A stretch of 64,000 bases of DNA from Owenia fusiformis (GCA_903813345.2 CAIIXF020000001.1:16058001-16122000); one strand, 5' to 3'; shown: positions 40,498 through 54,661, numbered from the stretch's first letter. A program made the numbers and translations. The notes: generated by a model from the sequence alone, not told the origin.

Positions 40498-41973
40498 ACA
40501 TTACAGTTCTTCTAAGATAAGCAGATACTGTATCTAAATGATAAACCACGGCTATTAAACATTGCACATAAATCATACTTTGTAGTATTAATGCAACATC
40601 ATGCGAAAGTGTTTCTGATAAGCATTATAAAAATCCCTGATATTAATAGAGAATTCCCTAACACTGTTACAGATACAATATCAATTAATTGACTATTTTT
40701 TCACCAAGTTTCTGAAGGTCCTAGCAAATAATTCATAATTCAGTGAAACGTTAGATCATTAATACTCTTTTATCCAAATCTAAATAAAGTATGATATATA
40801 TGGGATGGAATCTACAGTTGCGCAAGGACTACAGAAGAACAAGCACAAGAAATACAGAAGTCAGGCCCATAGCCAGCTTTGGCAAGGGGGTTCATATTTC
40901 AAAAAAATCAACCCAAAATGATTTTGAAAAATTATATATAAGTTTTTAAATATTCAAGTTTTAGAAATTCTGTATGCAGTTATTCCAGTTTTACAAATAA
41001 AGCCTACCCTTTTTGGTTGACGCTGAATTGAACAAAATGTACATTTCTATGGCTCAAATAAAAGAAGGTAGGGTATAACATGTTAATACTTAGGTTATAT
41101 ACTTGATGTTCCTCTTTCAAGCATTTTCGAAACTTTTTCTGATGAATGCATATGTATACCTTTCTCTTTAAGCCTTACATTTCAAGATTAATCCGTCTAT
41201 TTGATGCTGAATGACACACATACTGTATCTAAATTATTAAAAATTAAAGCCCAATTCTGATCCATTATCCCCAAATCTCTTAGTATTATCAAATATGGTT
41301 AATAAAATATATTACATGATTTGGTGTAGCAGCTAATTCTTTATTTTGACTTCATACCTCTTATCCTAATAACATTCTTAATAACAATCTTATCCGTGTG
41401 ATCTATTTGATTGATACCATGGTTCTATTAGGACATCCTTGTTTGTTTTTCACTCTGTTGTAATTTCTCATTTATCCATTATTCTCCTGTTTGTACCTCG
41501 TTGGTACTGTTACACAGCCAATAGTTGCATTATAGGCAATGTTTCTGATATACCAAGTAAGAGTTCAAATCTACATAAAACAAAATTTCAATTTCTTTAA
41601 GTTTACTTTTCTGTATTTGAATAGTAAATTCCTTGCTCTGCTGGTATATTTTAGGTTGATCCAATGTATAAAAAATAAATTGATTCCACATTTTTTCAAC
41701 AGCACTTTCTCATCATTCAGTGAATGTTTTCAGTTAAAGAAAACATTATAAGAAATACTTCATTTTGGAAACATCATTTCCATTCATTTTCCTATTAATG
41801 TAAAAGTTATTTGTTAGTTGCTGTTTAAGTTCGAAACTTCCATGACAAGCCCAAAGTATCAGTGATCAATAACATAATGTTTCTGTTCTATCACAAGGCT
41901 CCAAAATGTTGTTTTTCCTGTTCCTAATCTGGACACTTTAACCTCGGTTCTGCGTAACAATTAAGTCGTTCCA

Positions 41974-42167
41974 CAGAGTGTCCAAAAACAGGACCAAAGA
42001 AAGTTGATTAACTCAGTCAATCTTGCATATCCTGCCTTGAAATTTCAGAATTATTTAGTTCATTCAATTTGAATTTTGTTGTGAAAGTTTGATGATAATC
42101 TGCCTAGATATGCACGATTGACCGAGTTAATAAACTTTTTCTTCAGTCCTGTTTTTTGTACACCCTG
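41974..42167. mobile_element. Small Tc1/mariner-type MITE
   Basis: CAGAGTGTCCAAAAACAGGAC...GTCCTGTTTTTTGTACACCCTG|TA; nearly palindromic. Confidence 0.7.
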
Positions 42168-42830
42168 TACTTGCTAATGTACAATAAGCAACTTTAGGCT
42201 CAACATACTAATCTATGCTTCCTAGGTCAGGTTGGGTTGTTGAGAAGTTACCTCTGACATTAATCTCCAATTTGATTTATTCTATGGATAAAAATTACAT
42301 CTTAAGCTAATAACAGGAATGTATTATTGTATCATGAAATGCACGTATACACTAAAGATATTTTGTATGAATATGTATACAAGTATTAACCAGAGATGTG
42401 GAAATAATTCATTCTGTTATAAAGTTATGTTAATATTAAAAGTATTGTACGTGATGAATACAATATATTAAATATAACCCTTAAATTAAACCTTATATGT
42501 ATAAAAAAAATGGTTGATCTTAACAAATTCCTTACAAAAGCTTTTTGTAAATATAATCTTTAGTTAAATGATTATGTTTAAAAGAAAACAATTCTGTTGA
42601 TCTTTTCAGTTTCCATACAATAGCTTTTTGGGGAATATAATCTTTATGTAAAATATTACGATTTTAAGAAAACAATTTTGCTGACCTTTTCAGTATTACT
42701 TAAATCAATCCCCTGTTAACAAACAGTCAAATATATCAATGTGAGTTTGATAAAACAGTTAAATATGTTCCCCATATATTTAGAGATTTTAGAGGTTACA
42801 TATTTCACTAACATCCATCAATGCCAAAAT

Positions 42831-43595
42831 AATACTGATAAGCAAACTTCAATACAAACTAATTGAGAAATATATAGATCCATCAAGGTATTTGGTTTGA
42901 GGAATACACTGGTATACATCAGTATGGGAACAATTCCAGCGGCTCTAAATGATAAGCCCAGTATGTACAGGTATACAGATAAGCATGAGAATGCAGGCGT
43001 CACATGGGTACTATCTGCATTTATGTATCAGAGTTGAATGTTGTCTTTGACCAAAGCAAAGTTAAGGACCTTTCATAATAATAAGTAATAATACTGATAA
43101 GCAAACTTCAATACAAACTAATTTGAGAAATATATAGATCCATCAAGGTATTTGGTTTGAGGAATACACTGGTATACAACAGTATGGGAACAATTCCAGT
43201 GGCTCTAAATGATTAGCCCAGTATGTACAGGTATACAGATAAGCATGAGAATGCAGGCGTCACATGGGTACTATCTGCATTTATGTATCAGAGTTGAATG
43301 TTGTCTTTGACCAAAGCAAAGTTAAGGACCTTTCATAATAATAAGTAATAATACTGATAAGCAAACTTCAATACAAACTAATTTGAGAAATATATAGATC
43401 CATCAAGGTATTTGGTTTGAGGAATACACTGGTATACAACAGTATGGGAACAATTCCAGTGGCTCTAAATGATTAGCCCAGTATGTACAGGTATACAGAT
43501 AAGCATGAGAATACAAGGGTCACATGGTATTATCTACATTTGTGTATCAGAGTTGAATGTTGTCTTTGACCAAAGCAAAGTTAAGGACCTTTCAT
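42831..43595 (+). repeat. Triplicated ~260-bp unit, probably a decayed L1/Tx1 LINE fragment
   Basis: Unit starts at 42831, 43090 and 43350. The last copy reads TKAKLRTFHYRII, resembling the zf-RVT KLR.F.Y.I motif. Confidence 0.75.
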
Positions 43596-46500
43596 TATAG
43601 AATTATATTACAAAGCATTAATATGCAAAATGTCACTACCTGCCATTTGTTACAGACATCAACCGCTGAATGCCGAACACCAACCACTGAACACCAACTG
43701 CCGAAACCACCCAGAAAAAAGTTGGAGTCTACATATTAAAGAAGTGAAAGCAATTGTTTGTAAACATGCACGACCACAGCTCAAAATAATGGCTTCTCAT
43801 TCCAAATGTAATGTTGAGTCCATGAATATGTATACAAGTATTTCACAGCATTATCTTAACTTTGGATCATAGCATCATGCCCCCGAGTACTTTTATGGAA
43901 TCTTGCATTAAGTCTCTTCTTGTCTTTCCCCGTCTATTCTCATACCCCATGCGGTTGTTCTTGCGAAGAGTGGTTTGATGCAAGACTAGCCATTGTGTAG
44001 TTCCAAATATATAGATCTGACTTTTTTTTATCGAACCATGACCACAGATGAATGATACATATGAGAACAATTATTGAAAATAGGCCAAGTGCAGTGATTA
44101 ATATGGCTTAAATCAACTTGAAAACTGAAGCCATTGACAACCAGGTCTAAAAGTCATCTAACAACGTACCCAATCGTCCAATCACCAACTGACACACAGA
44201 AAAGCCAAGCAATTTGACAAGAAATAACGAGAAATAATACTTAATATTGACATGTATGATATGAACAAACCCTTAAGATATATCTCTTCTTCTGGTCAAT
44301 CAGAATTCCTTAATTGTATCGATTCTGAGATCATATTTTATCCCATTCTCCCCTCTCATACACCCTTTCAAATGGTTTGATTTTGCTGCTTAAAAGAGAG
44401 CTTTATCGTGCTTATGTACTAGGCCCTAACACTCAGGGTTCCATCCCCAAAGACAATCAAGTCAATGTTGAAAGATCGCGACAATAATTAACGAGATGAT
44501 TTTGAAAAATGTTCGCTTAAAGACTCCAGATTAGAATTGACCTTCATTTTGACCTTGATCTGACCTATTTTACTCCTCTACCTTCTACTATCATTCGGAC
44601 CTAATTTTATTTAAAGATTACTGAGAGAATGGTCACATAAAGTCAAACTGAAGGTTAGGTTTTGAAAGTGCCATTAAGGGACCCAGTAAATTAAATACTT
44701 AAATAATACATGTACTTTTTTCATACATGTACTGGACTTTAAATTGTGTCATTTTCCACCAGCCACTGGTTGGGTATGGCAAGCACCTTTATATTTCTTT
44801 AATATTGACTTTCAAGAGAGTGCCATCTATAAATGAAAGGAAGATTCACATGTCTTCAATCTCAAAATTGTTGAATAAAATTGGAATCTAGAATACTAAT
44901 TATTGCACCTAGCATACAAAGTATATGTTTGCACTGCATATGTAAGTTATATAACAATACTGACTTACACAAGTGATTACTCTTTCTGGTGAACATAATA
45001 ATCATTTTGATAAGACATATATTACTATCTTGTTATTGAGTCAACCTATTTTACATGTATATTAATATTACAATCATGTAGATATTGTGATGGGACAGTG
45101 TACCAGTGGGTATTTGTATTATAACAGTCTTGTACAAGGCATTAACATGACAAAATGTCACCATTTGCAAATGGTTACAAAAGTGACAACAACTATTATA
45201 GATGCCAACATTAGACACAAAACATGGTAGTCACTATAAAAAGTGTCATCACTTGGTTTCCTATACTGCAATACAAGTTTTGAAGTGCATTGGCTAAAAA
45301 TAGACTGTAGTGCATTGTGCTCTACTGCACAACACTGATTTGCAAACATATAAGTATTTACTGTAAAACATGTTAAATTCATGCATGTTATTTTTGATTA
45401 TTCACGGTAAGAGAATTCCCTGGCTATTTGTGCCATGATGAATTCACAATTCAATATCAATTTTTTTATTGCATCAATTGTACAATTATTCATTTGTGAC
45501 ATGCAAAATTCATAAATAATTTTATTTGTGAATTTAAGCAGTAATAACATGTAAGCCACACTAAATGTTACCATCTGCCAATAACACCAGCCACATAACA
45601 CTGAATGCCATCCACAAAAAAGTTGGAGACTATAACAATATGTCACCACTTGCGGTAGTGACATACATGCAGCACATAGATTTAAATGCTACTTACTGCT
45701 ACTGCTACTGCTACTGCTGGACCTCCTGAACAGTTTCTTGACACTGTTGATACTCATACTGCACTGTTGGAGTCACTGCCACTGCTAGAGTCACTGCAGC
45801 TGTTGAAGTAGCGACTGATACTGGAGCTACTACAGCTGCTAAATGTTCCAGATGTTGGAGCTATCCCAGATGTTGTATGCAGTTCCCATACAGCTACTGT
45901 AGACACCTCCTAGCTTAGATGTTATGCACCTTCTACTGATTCTGCAGCTGTAGATGTTGCAACTGTGAAAATACAGCAGATGTTGGGGATGTTGCTTGGG
46001 TCGAGGTTCTGCAAAAGCTGCAATCTGAGGCTTCTATTTATACTGGACTATTTTGTTGTCTTGTGTCCTGTTTTCCATAGTTGTTCCCTGAAATCATTAT
46101 TATATCCCATAAATAAACATGATATTTGCAAAAGTACATGCATAAGGCATAACATGCAAAATGTCACAGCCTGCCACTTGTTACTGATGCTGAACACCAA
46201 CTGCTGAACACCAAACACCAACTGCTGTCACAAAAAATGTTGGAGACTATAACAATATGTCACTACTTGTAGTGGTGACATAAAAATGATAAAAATGTTC
46301 ACATTCTAAGAACAAAAGATTAAAACATCATTTTATAAATTCTACACAAAATTAATATATAAAATTATACATAACTGTACAACAAAGTGCTTGCCCTTCA
46401 TAGCGTCAATTACAACCAAGGAAGTTGGATCCTTGAATTTCTGTTCTCAATTTAGTTTCGCAAATATTTTACTTGTTATGTCCAAATAAAGATCAAGGAT

Positions 46501-49435
46501 TACAGGTTCAACTTTCAATATTTATCCTTTTGTCTGCATTGAAATGTACTATATATATCCATTCTTTAACTTTTGATGCATGTTTGTTCCCAGGTCTTAT
46601 TAAAACCCTAGATCTGAATAAATGTATTGAGAGCCAATATGTTTTAGTTCTATTAACTTCAAATAATCATGATCGACTATTCTCATATTAGTATCCGTTA
46701 CCCAATTGTGAAAGGATTTTTACATGCATCAGTGCAAATCTGAGAAATCACTTCCTAAATCTAACGAACTTTGATCATCTTATTCTGTAAGTGCCTTACT
46801 CTTTTATGCATCTCTTTTCATTTTGTTTGAGAATATAGATGCAATGAGATTGTGTTACGTTTGAAATGATTGTTCATTTTTTCATCTATTGTATCCTACA
46901 GTATATACATATGCACTTAAGATTGTTTCAACTTAAAGAGGCATTTTCCGATCTGTAAAAGGGCCTGTGATCACACATTCTGATACTCATAGCACCTTTC
47001 TGTTTCACCTGAAACATGTCATCTCAAGGCTGAGAAGAAATGAGATGTCATGGTTTATCATGATGGTGAGCACAGTAAAATGAGAAACCAGGATTGTTAA
47101 ATGAGAATTTTGCACATAGGCTTACATACTATAAATTCATATTTGATTTTCATTTAATTATATAGAGATTGGTAACAATTCAATATAGCATATCTTTATA
47201 GTAAATAAATGACATTTTAAATTAGTAATTCATAGAGGGTTTAACTTACCCAAATTGAATGCTGAATTGAATATTGAATGCTTGCCTTTCTGGATGACTG
47301 TGTGAACAACAATGTTGTTGCAATATTTAGGATAAATATGGAACTGAGTTGAATAAACTCAAATGACACCTGGTTGCAATAACAAAAGTGTAACAATTGT
47401 TACAGATGCAGAATGCTAATCCTACCAGTAAAACCTGTCTTAGTGAATACCTCAGTCTAGTGAACACCCTTCATCCACACATACTCTATTTACCCTCTCT
47501 CTTGTGAACACCTACCAACACTGAACATTTTTTCTCAGAATAAAAGTTCAATATATGGAGGTTTTACTCTATATCAATATGTCACAAGCACCTCTTCATG
47601 ATAAGTCAAATTTTTAAAGATCTAGATCAGACCATGCCTCTTTAATCAAGGCATTGAAAAATGACACTCACGACCTTACACATGTTTGTCAACTAAGCAT
47701 TTATATTCTTAAAGTATTTACCTAAATGATTGACATATGATAGGCCAATAGATATTAATATCCTAGCTTAAATAGAATTAGATATTTTAAAGTGACAAGC
47801 AAAATAAAATATCAAAAGAGTTAATGCCTGTAACACAACTTGAAATAAAAAGAAAGTTTGGAGTGTAGTCTGAAGTGAAGATAAGACACAATCTGGAAAT
47901 AAAAACTGTATTTTAACAAAAAAATTACAATAGCAGGTCAAAATGACTTTATATTCTAAAGGTTTAAAGTATACAAATCTGGCACTACTTGTATATTTGA
48001 CACTTGACAACACAAATAATATATCATGCTAAGTTTTAAACTTTTGACATTAAAATATATTAGCTGCAATCTGTCAAAAGATCAGATATGAAAAAATCAC
48101 TTTACAAGCGCATACCATAGGGCATTTCTCCATGCTATTCTGTCGAGTATATAATAATCCTTTTAAAGCTTTATACACCATTAGAGAGGAACATGTACAT
48201 CCTTCAAATTGGTTTATTCCAGCAATTCAATGTAAATTTAACTTCTCCAAGATCCTAGTGCATCTATACCAACTTGAGATGAGTTTAACTAAAATATCAA
48301 ATTCAAATGCATTCCATTTTCAATATCAGTGATAAAAATGCGATTGAGATAAAAACACTAATAGGTAACTGGGCTAAATCCTTTATAAATAACTCAAGGC
48401 AGACTCTGAATGATCTCTTAATAGGGGAGGACCATTTGGGACCAGAAAAGGGGAGGAGGAAGGAGGTAGGAGGGAGGGGTCTTACTAACAAAAATGAGAT
48501 TTTCAAACCTCTTATGGTCAACTACTTTGAGGAGGCAGTCATTAGCATCTCTTTAGCTGTCATATTCTTTTTCTGGTGAACAATTTTCCAATTTTAAATC
48601 AAATGGTTGACCCCTACAATGACAATAAGACAGATCAATGTATGCTATCTGACATCCTTATTATATGGAGATCAGTCCTGGGGGCTGTGTCAAAATATAC
48701 AAATATGATTTTGATCAACACAATTTTGTTTATCAAAGTAAACCATTAAAATCTTTGATATCGTTTCATTTCACTGTCCACTAGTATTAATGGAGAAGAG
48801 ATGATTTTAACCCTTTGTTTAATTAGTTTTGTCAAAATTTGAGATTTTGAGCCAGTCCCTTGTGTACACAGATAATAAATAAACAACTGAAGTAAAGTCA
48901 AAGTACAAGACTGAAGAATGTCAAGAAGCTGAAGTAGCCCCGTCAGTCAAATTAAATCATTGTCTCATAAAACATGTGTATCATGTACATGTACATTGTC
49001 CAGTTAAATATTGTTGGGTTTTTCTAAGTCATGCTAGGTTTCAATTCTTACCTAAAGATGGCAGCATAGCTGTCCATCAAGACTTAACAAAATCATTGAG
49101 GCCAAAAGCCACAACTCTGTTCTTTTCACTCATCATATAGGCAACACTTAGTCATTTTTCATAACCAGACTAGCTGGACTCTGTTATTTTCACGAACCTG
49201 TATCTCAATACTTAAACATTTTACACCCAACCAAAGGCGCTGGACTCTGTCATTTTGCAACAACAGTGGTTCATGACTAAGCCAATTTTATTCATTCATA
49301 CAGTTGGACTTAAGCATTTTCAGTGACATTTCAGTAAGAACTTAGAATAATTTGGTCATTAAGTTTCATTGGCACTTTGCCAAATTGGTCATTGGCAGGT
49401 TGCCAATTGTGGTTTGGCAACATGCCAATAGTAGT

Positions 49436-49609
49436 ACTATATAAGAGGCTTCGAAACCTCACCCTGGCAGTTATGATCTGGAGTTATGATCTGGAGTTAT
49501 GATCTGGAGTTACGATCTGGAGTTACGATTGGGTCTTTTACAGTCAGTACAGTAGCTCAGTAGTATATAACTTGTACATAGATAGTGTAGTTTGACTCTT
49601 TATAATAAA
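49436..49609 (+). promoter_or_regulatory. LTR promoter/R region: TATA box, 13-bp tandem repeat, polyA signal
   Basis: CTATATAAG near 49437, about four GATCTGGAGTTAY units at 49470-49530 and AATAAA near 49604. The same layout occurs in the 3' LTR. Confidence 0.7.
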
Positions 49610-49927
49610 GTATCGTATGTTACTCTGAACTCTGAAGTTTGTCGTATCATATTGGCGTCATCGTTTCGTAGAGACCCAACACTGGTGAGCAGCGATGGGA
49701 TATGAACTTATACACGCTTATAGCGCTACCAACAATTAAGAGACTTTAAGATGGCGCCAAGAAAATATAAAGATAAACCAGCTAAACGGAGACATGATCG
49801 TTACCAAAACTTGCAGAACATTTGCAGATTTGCAGAACATTTATTCTCTCATTAGAGAGTGGTGGCAGCAAACTTTTTATAATATGATTAGTGACATTTA
49901 ATTGTGGAATGCAGTATTGAACTTAGG

Positions 49928-50341
49928 ATGTCAGCACGGGGTACCATGATGTCACGTCGGGGTAAAATTCTCAACATGCAGGATCAGCGGTACTCAGCTT
50001 CACATTGTTTGAGGGACTTTGTTCATACTGAACTTTTGCGAAGAAAGCAGTGCCATTATGAAGCCATTTTGGGATGGGTCGCAGTTATACTCATTCTAAT
50101 AACCTTGATAATGGTTCATTTGTTTATTGATGTACAGGATCCCATACCTGTCATCTTGGACAAATTCAGTCAGGTGTTATATTTGTGTTATTTGAGTATG
50201 TCTATGATGCGTCAGGACATATGTAGGATCAGAGAGACACTAGAGATTCAGAGATCAGAGATTGATCGAATCTTCAGTTTTATATGCGGAGATCAGAGAT
50301 TGATCGAAACTTCAGTTTTATATTTAGAGATCAAAGATTGA
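49928..50341 (+). CDS. Hypothetical ~137-aa membrane protein inside the non-autonomous LTR element
   Basis: Longest interior ORF, with ATG at 49928 and a hydrophobic helix AILGWVAVILILITLIMVHLFI. Its C-terminus runs into a ~38-bp tandem repeat. Confidence 0.3.
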   Translation: MSARGTMMSRRGKILNMQDQRYSASHCLRDFVHTELLRRKQCHYEAILGWVAVILILITLIMVHLFIDVQDPIPVILDKFSQVLYLCYLSMSMMRQDICRIRETLEIQRSEIDRIFSFICGDQRLIETSVLYLEIKD

Positions 50342-52487
50342 TCGAATCTTCAGTTTTATATGCAGAGATCAGAGATTGATCGAAACTTCAGTTTTATATT
50401 TAGAGATCAAAGATTGATCGAATCTTCAGTTTTATATTCAGAGATCAGAGACTGACCAGTTCTTTATTCAGAGAGACATTTTCATGGGATCCAGGATGCT
50501 GCTAAAATGCCTTTTGACTATTATTTGGTGATCAAGACACAGTGTGAACTATAATACAATATTGAGAACTAATAAGGCTGGTCGTGCCTACATTCAGCAC
50601 TCAGTGACAGATCAACAAGACAGAGATATCCTTCATTGTAAAGTTGTGAAACCAGGCCAGTCTTCAGTACACATTGTACCAGCTAATTCACTTCCCATCA
50701 TCAGGAGTTCAGTGCAGTGCAGATATCAAGATGATCAAAGGAGGAATTTTGATTTGTGAATTTGAAAACCTTATATTATTTTGGCTGTGTGTGGTTATTG
50801 AATACCTACATCATTGTCATTGATTCAGTGTGTTGAACATGACAAATGGTCTTCCTTTTAACTTACTAAAGTTGAAAGAAACCACAATATTAAAGATAAA
50901 CATAGCATATAATATTATGTTATATGTCAGTGGACTGTGAAACTAAAAGGAAGTGTGTGGGTGAAAGATTGCCCAATATTATTGACTCATAACATGAATT
51001 ATCTAGTTCTTTATCAGAATGTTATAGAAATATTTGCATTGCTGAATGATTTTGAAGAAGTGATCAGGTTCAATAAACATTGCACTTGACACTGAACCCT
51101 TTGATTTTCATGCCTTCATTGAAGTGCAACAGACTGTAATATTACAACATTTAAAATAACTTTATGAACTTTTGAGGCTGATAGTGTTTTTGATTATTCT
51201 GAAATTAAGAGTGCTTTAAAAGTGGAACTTGCTTTTGAGTCTTCGTAACATTCTGATGGTTTTGATATGATTTGTTACAAAGTTTCAGTCAGTTGAAAGT
51301 TTACTCATCAATTTAGTTAGGTAAAAAATGTGGCATAACAGTTCTATTATTTGGTGATGTCATTTTTTTTCATAACAGGTTCGGTCTTCGACACAATTGT
51401 CTCATAATTGACCTTTGTTATTTTATCTTGGCTCAACAGTAATGGTTTCATTATTTCGCTGATGAACATTGGCTACTCTTGTTTTTATATATTTTTTTTG
51501 ATTACGGTTTAAAAGGGGTTGTCAATATGCTGATATCATTTTAACAAGGTTAATTTGAAACTTGTTGTGACCAGGAGGTCACAAAGCTAGTGGGGAGTAG
51601 TGTTGGGTTTTTCTAAGTCATGCTAGGTTTCAATTCTTACCTAAAGATGGCAGCATAGCTGTCCATCAAGACTTAACAAAATCATTGAGGCCAAAAGCCA
51701 CAACTCTGTTCTTTTCACTCATCATATAGGCAACACTTAGTCATTTTTCATAACCAGACTAGCTGGACTCTGTTATTTTCACGAACCTGTATCTCAATAC
51801 TTAAACATTTTACACCCAACCAAAGGCGCTGGACTCTGTCATTTTGCAACAACAGTGGTTCATGACTAAGCCAATTTTATTCATTCATACAGTTGGACTT
51901 AAGCATTTTCAGTGACATTTCAGTAAGAACTTAGAATAATTTGGTCATTAAGTTTCATTGGCACTTTGCCAAATTGGTCATTGGCAGGTTGCCAATTGTG
52001 GTTTGGCAACATGCCAATAGTAGTACTATATAAGAGGCTTCGAAACCTCACCCTGGCAGTTATGATCTGGAGTTATGATCTGGAGTTATGATCTGGAGTT
52101 ACGATCTGGAGTTACGATTGGGTCTTTTACAGTCAGTACAGTAGCTCAGTAGTATATAACTTGTACATAGATAGTGTAGTTTGACTCTTTATAATAAAGT
52201 ATCGTATGTTACTCTGAACTCTGAAGTTTGTCGTATCATATTGGCGTCATCGTTTCGTAGAGACCCAACAATATGTACAGCTGTACATAAAATTTATATT
52301 ATCCATTAAACATGTCTTATGGGGATATCAGCTTTAGTCATATTGAGAGTATGTTCTGACTACATGGGAGTCTATTGCACATCTAAAATATGCCATCACT
52401 GAAACATGGCAATAATTAAAATTGTTCATTATTCATTTATATAAACTTATTAATAACAATAATGTACATGTATTAACCTTATGTTAA

Positions 52488-52786
52488 CCTCTTCGACTAC
52501 CTGGAGTGACAAGATTTCTTGTCACCTCAGAAATGACCTTGAAACCCAGAGTGACTAGAAAATCTGTCACAATTTTTTTTGCTAAAATTGCTCTTATTTG
52601 AACAATTTTCATTCAATTTATACAAAAAAATTGTTTTAAAATGTGAGAAAATGATATCTGCCTTTTGATTTACTAAGTTGAGTATCTACAATTGTATAGG
52701 TACATGTGTAGTAAAATGACAACAGGTGGCAAAAAACTGAAAAATTCTCTGGTTTCAACCGTTTTTAGAGCCTGGGATTCAAGAGG
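52488..52786. mobile_element. piggyBac-like MITE
   Basis: TTAA|CCTCTT...AAGAGG|TTGA. A similar, more decayed pair lies at about 52995-53188. Confidence 0.45.
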
Positions 52787-54661
52787 TTGATTAATCAATG
52801 GTACATATTATGAAATGTCAATGGAATTGTTCAAATAATTAATTTCCAATGTTCTAGTGACAGTTCTCAAATACAAATAAAAAGGGTTTTATAATATCAA
52901 CTATAAAGCAAAAGGCACATGCTAAACCATGTGATGATGGTTTCCAGTGACAATAATATATAAATTTTGACATGTCCTGAATTTCACCGTTTAACCCCTT
53001 GGATAACATGTTTCATTTTTTGCCATTTTACTTTCTTAATAAAACAATCTTTTATCATCATTTGATAGTGATAACATATCAATTATACACATTTTAATAT
53101 ATGACTAATGTAATTATTCAAAAGAGCCATCCTAATGAGAAATTATGTGAGAGATACTATATATCCATTACTTTCTGTATTCAAGAGGTTAGAGGATTTT
53201 CTGCACAATATCAATCATTTCTTGAGATTCTTACTCTGCTTTTGTTACTTATCTACGCATCGTGACCCTGTCAAATTCTATTTTGATATCATCAAGAAAT
53301 AAAATAACGAGCCATTTGATAGAGTTGTGATATTTTATCACAGAAATACTATTATATATAATTATCTTTACTCTATATGCTCATAGTACTATAACCACAT
53401 CTAATAGATAAAGTTACAGAAGACATTTTCATTAAAATACAAATTCAATATTTATACATATGTTTACATTTTTGGCCAATAAAGAGATTGAATATATGGT
53501 TTTGAATTACTCACACATTTAATTTTTGCATAGACTATGAATAATTTAAGGAGTACATGAATATTAGGTATATAATATACACTACTCCATCATTGTATTA
53601 CCCTGGTAATATTATCCTGGCAATTACAATAAAATGTTGAACTAAACAATGCTGAAATTGATATAGCTAGCTTACAGACCCAAATAAAAAAATCGGACTC
53701 ATCTAACTAAACTAAATTGCATAATTTTCGGACACCTTTAATAGTAATATATAAAACACATGGTCTGAGTTAAGACATTACTCATGTCAGTTTGAGAGGT
53801 CAAGGTCACATTTATAGATCAAGGTCAACTAGAAGATAATGTATCAGTATTTCAAATGAAATAACAAAATGTAGTGATCTATATATTGCATAATATATAG
53901 ATCATATATGAACAATATGGAATCCAATGTGATTTTTAATGGGAATATAATTGAAAACCCCTTGAAGAATTTAACAATACATAGTAAATAATAAATTACA
54001 TGCCCAACTGATTTGATATGAATAGATTGTATATACTCACACACAGTCATTATCAGATCAATTTTTAATATTGTTATTCTTAAATAATTTTCTAAATCTG
54101 AATGCCCAACACAAAAGAGATTATTTGGATTAGGAAAAGATGTGGAAGTTTAGCACTTGAAAAGTCCATTCAAGATCATTTTCAAAAATTATCCTCTTAG
54201 CGTGTAAACTGAAATTAGCTCTGCCAAAATATTACAATATTTTAATGAAAAAACAAACAAATGTAATACGTTAAAAAATATAAAAGTATAAAAAAACAAT
54301 AATGGTAAAACAATGTACAACTTTGAATAGTATATTGAACACAGTAAATTGTTCAAGATTTTTCCATTGATATTGATGTAAGAAATCTTAAGGATTTTTA
54401 TTATATAGTTAATCTGATTTATTCGAACCTCTTATGTTCCTTCACAACCAACATACATAACCTACATGGAAAGCTAGTAACAACACATTCACACAAACAA
54501 AATAATTCAGAGAGACAATAAATGAGAGATAGCCTAATTTGAGTGTCCAGAATTGCCATGTACATAGCGGTTAACAAGTAACGAAGTTAGAAAAACTTGA
54601 CAACTCAATGAACTTGTAATCCACTGAACATTGTTGTACAACAACCAAAAGAACAAATAAT

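Larger units (their letters stand above)
49012..52270 (+). mobile_element. Non-autonomous LTR retroelement (LARD/TRIM-like, Gypsy-type), recent insertion
   Basis: 670-bp LTRs at 49012-49681 and 51601-52270 with TGTTGGGT...ACCCAACA termini. ATAT TSD at 49008-49011 and 52271-52274. PBS TGGTGAGCAGCGATGGGAT from 49683 and purine-rich tract AGTGGGGAGTAG before the 3' LTR. The 1.9-kb interior shows no RT or IN motifs. Confidence 0.95.

Noticed and set aside
41100-41900. Possible Penelope-like RT remnant (minus strand, RLKEKG...FIRKSFRK); similar faint LINE-like traces at about 28000-28400 and 46400-46900
   Set aside because: Too degenerate to support by eye; needs BLASTX or RepeatMasker.
39061-47300. 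Isolated strong minus-strand donors (GTAAGT at about 39060 and 47248; GTAAGA at about 27062)
   Set aside because: No convincing phase-compatible ORF or acceptor. They may be UTR exons, but this is unsupported.
54460-54650. RFX X-box upstream of the ciliary Tctex1-domain gene
   Set aside because: Only poor half-site matches (TAGTAAC, GTTGTACAACAAC), not distinguishable from chance.
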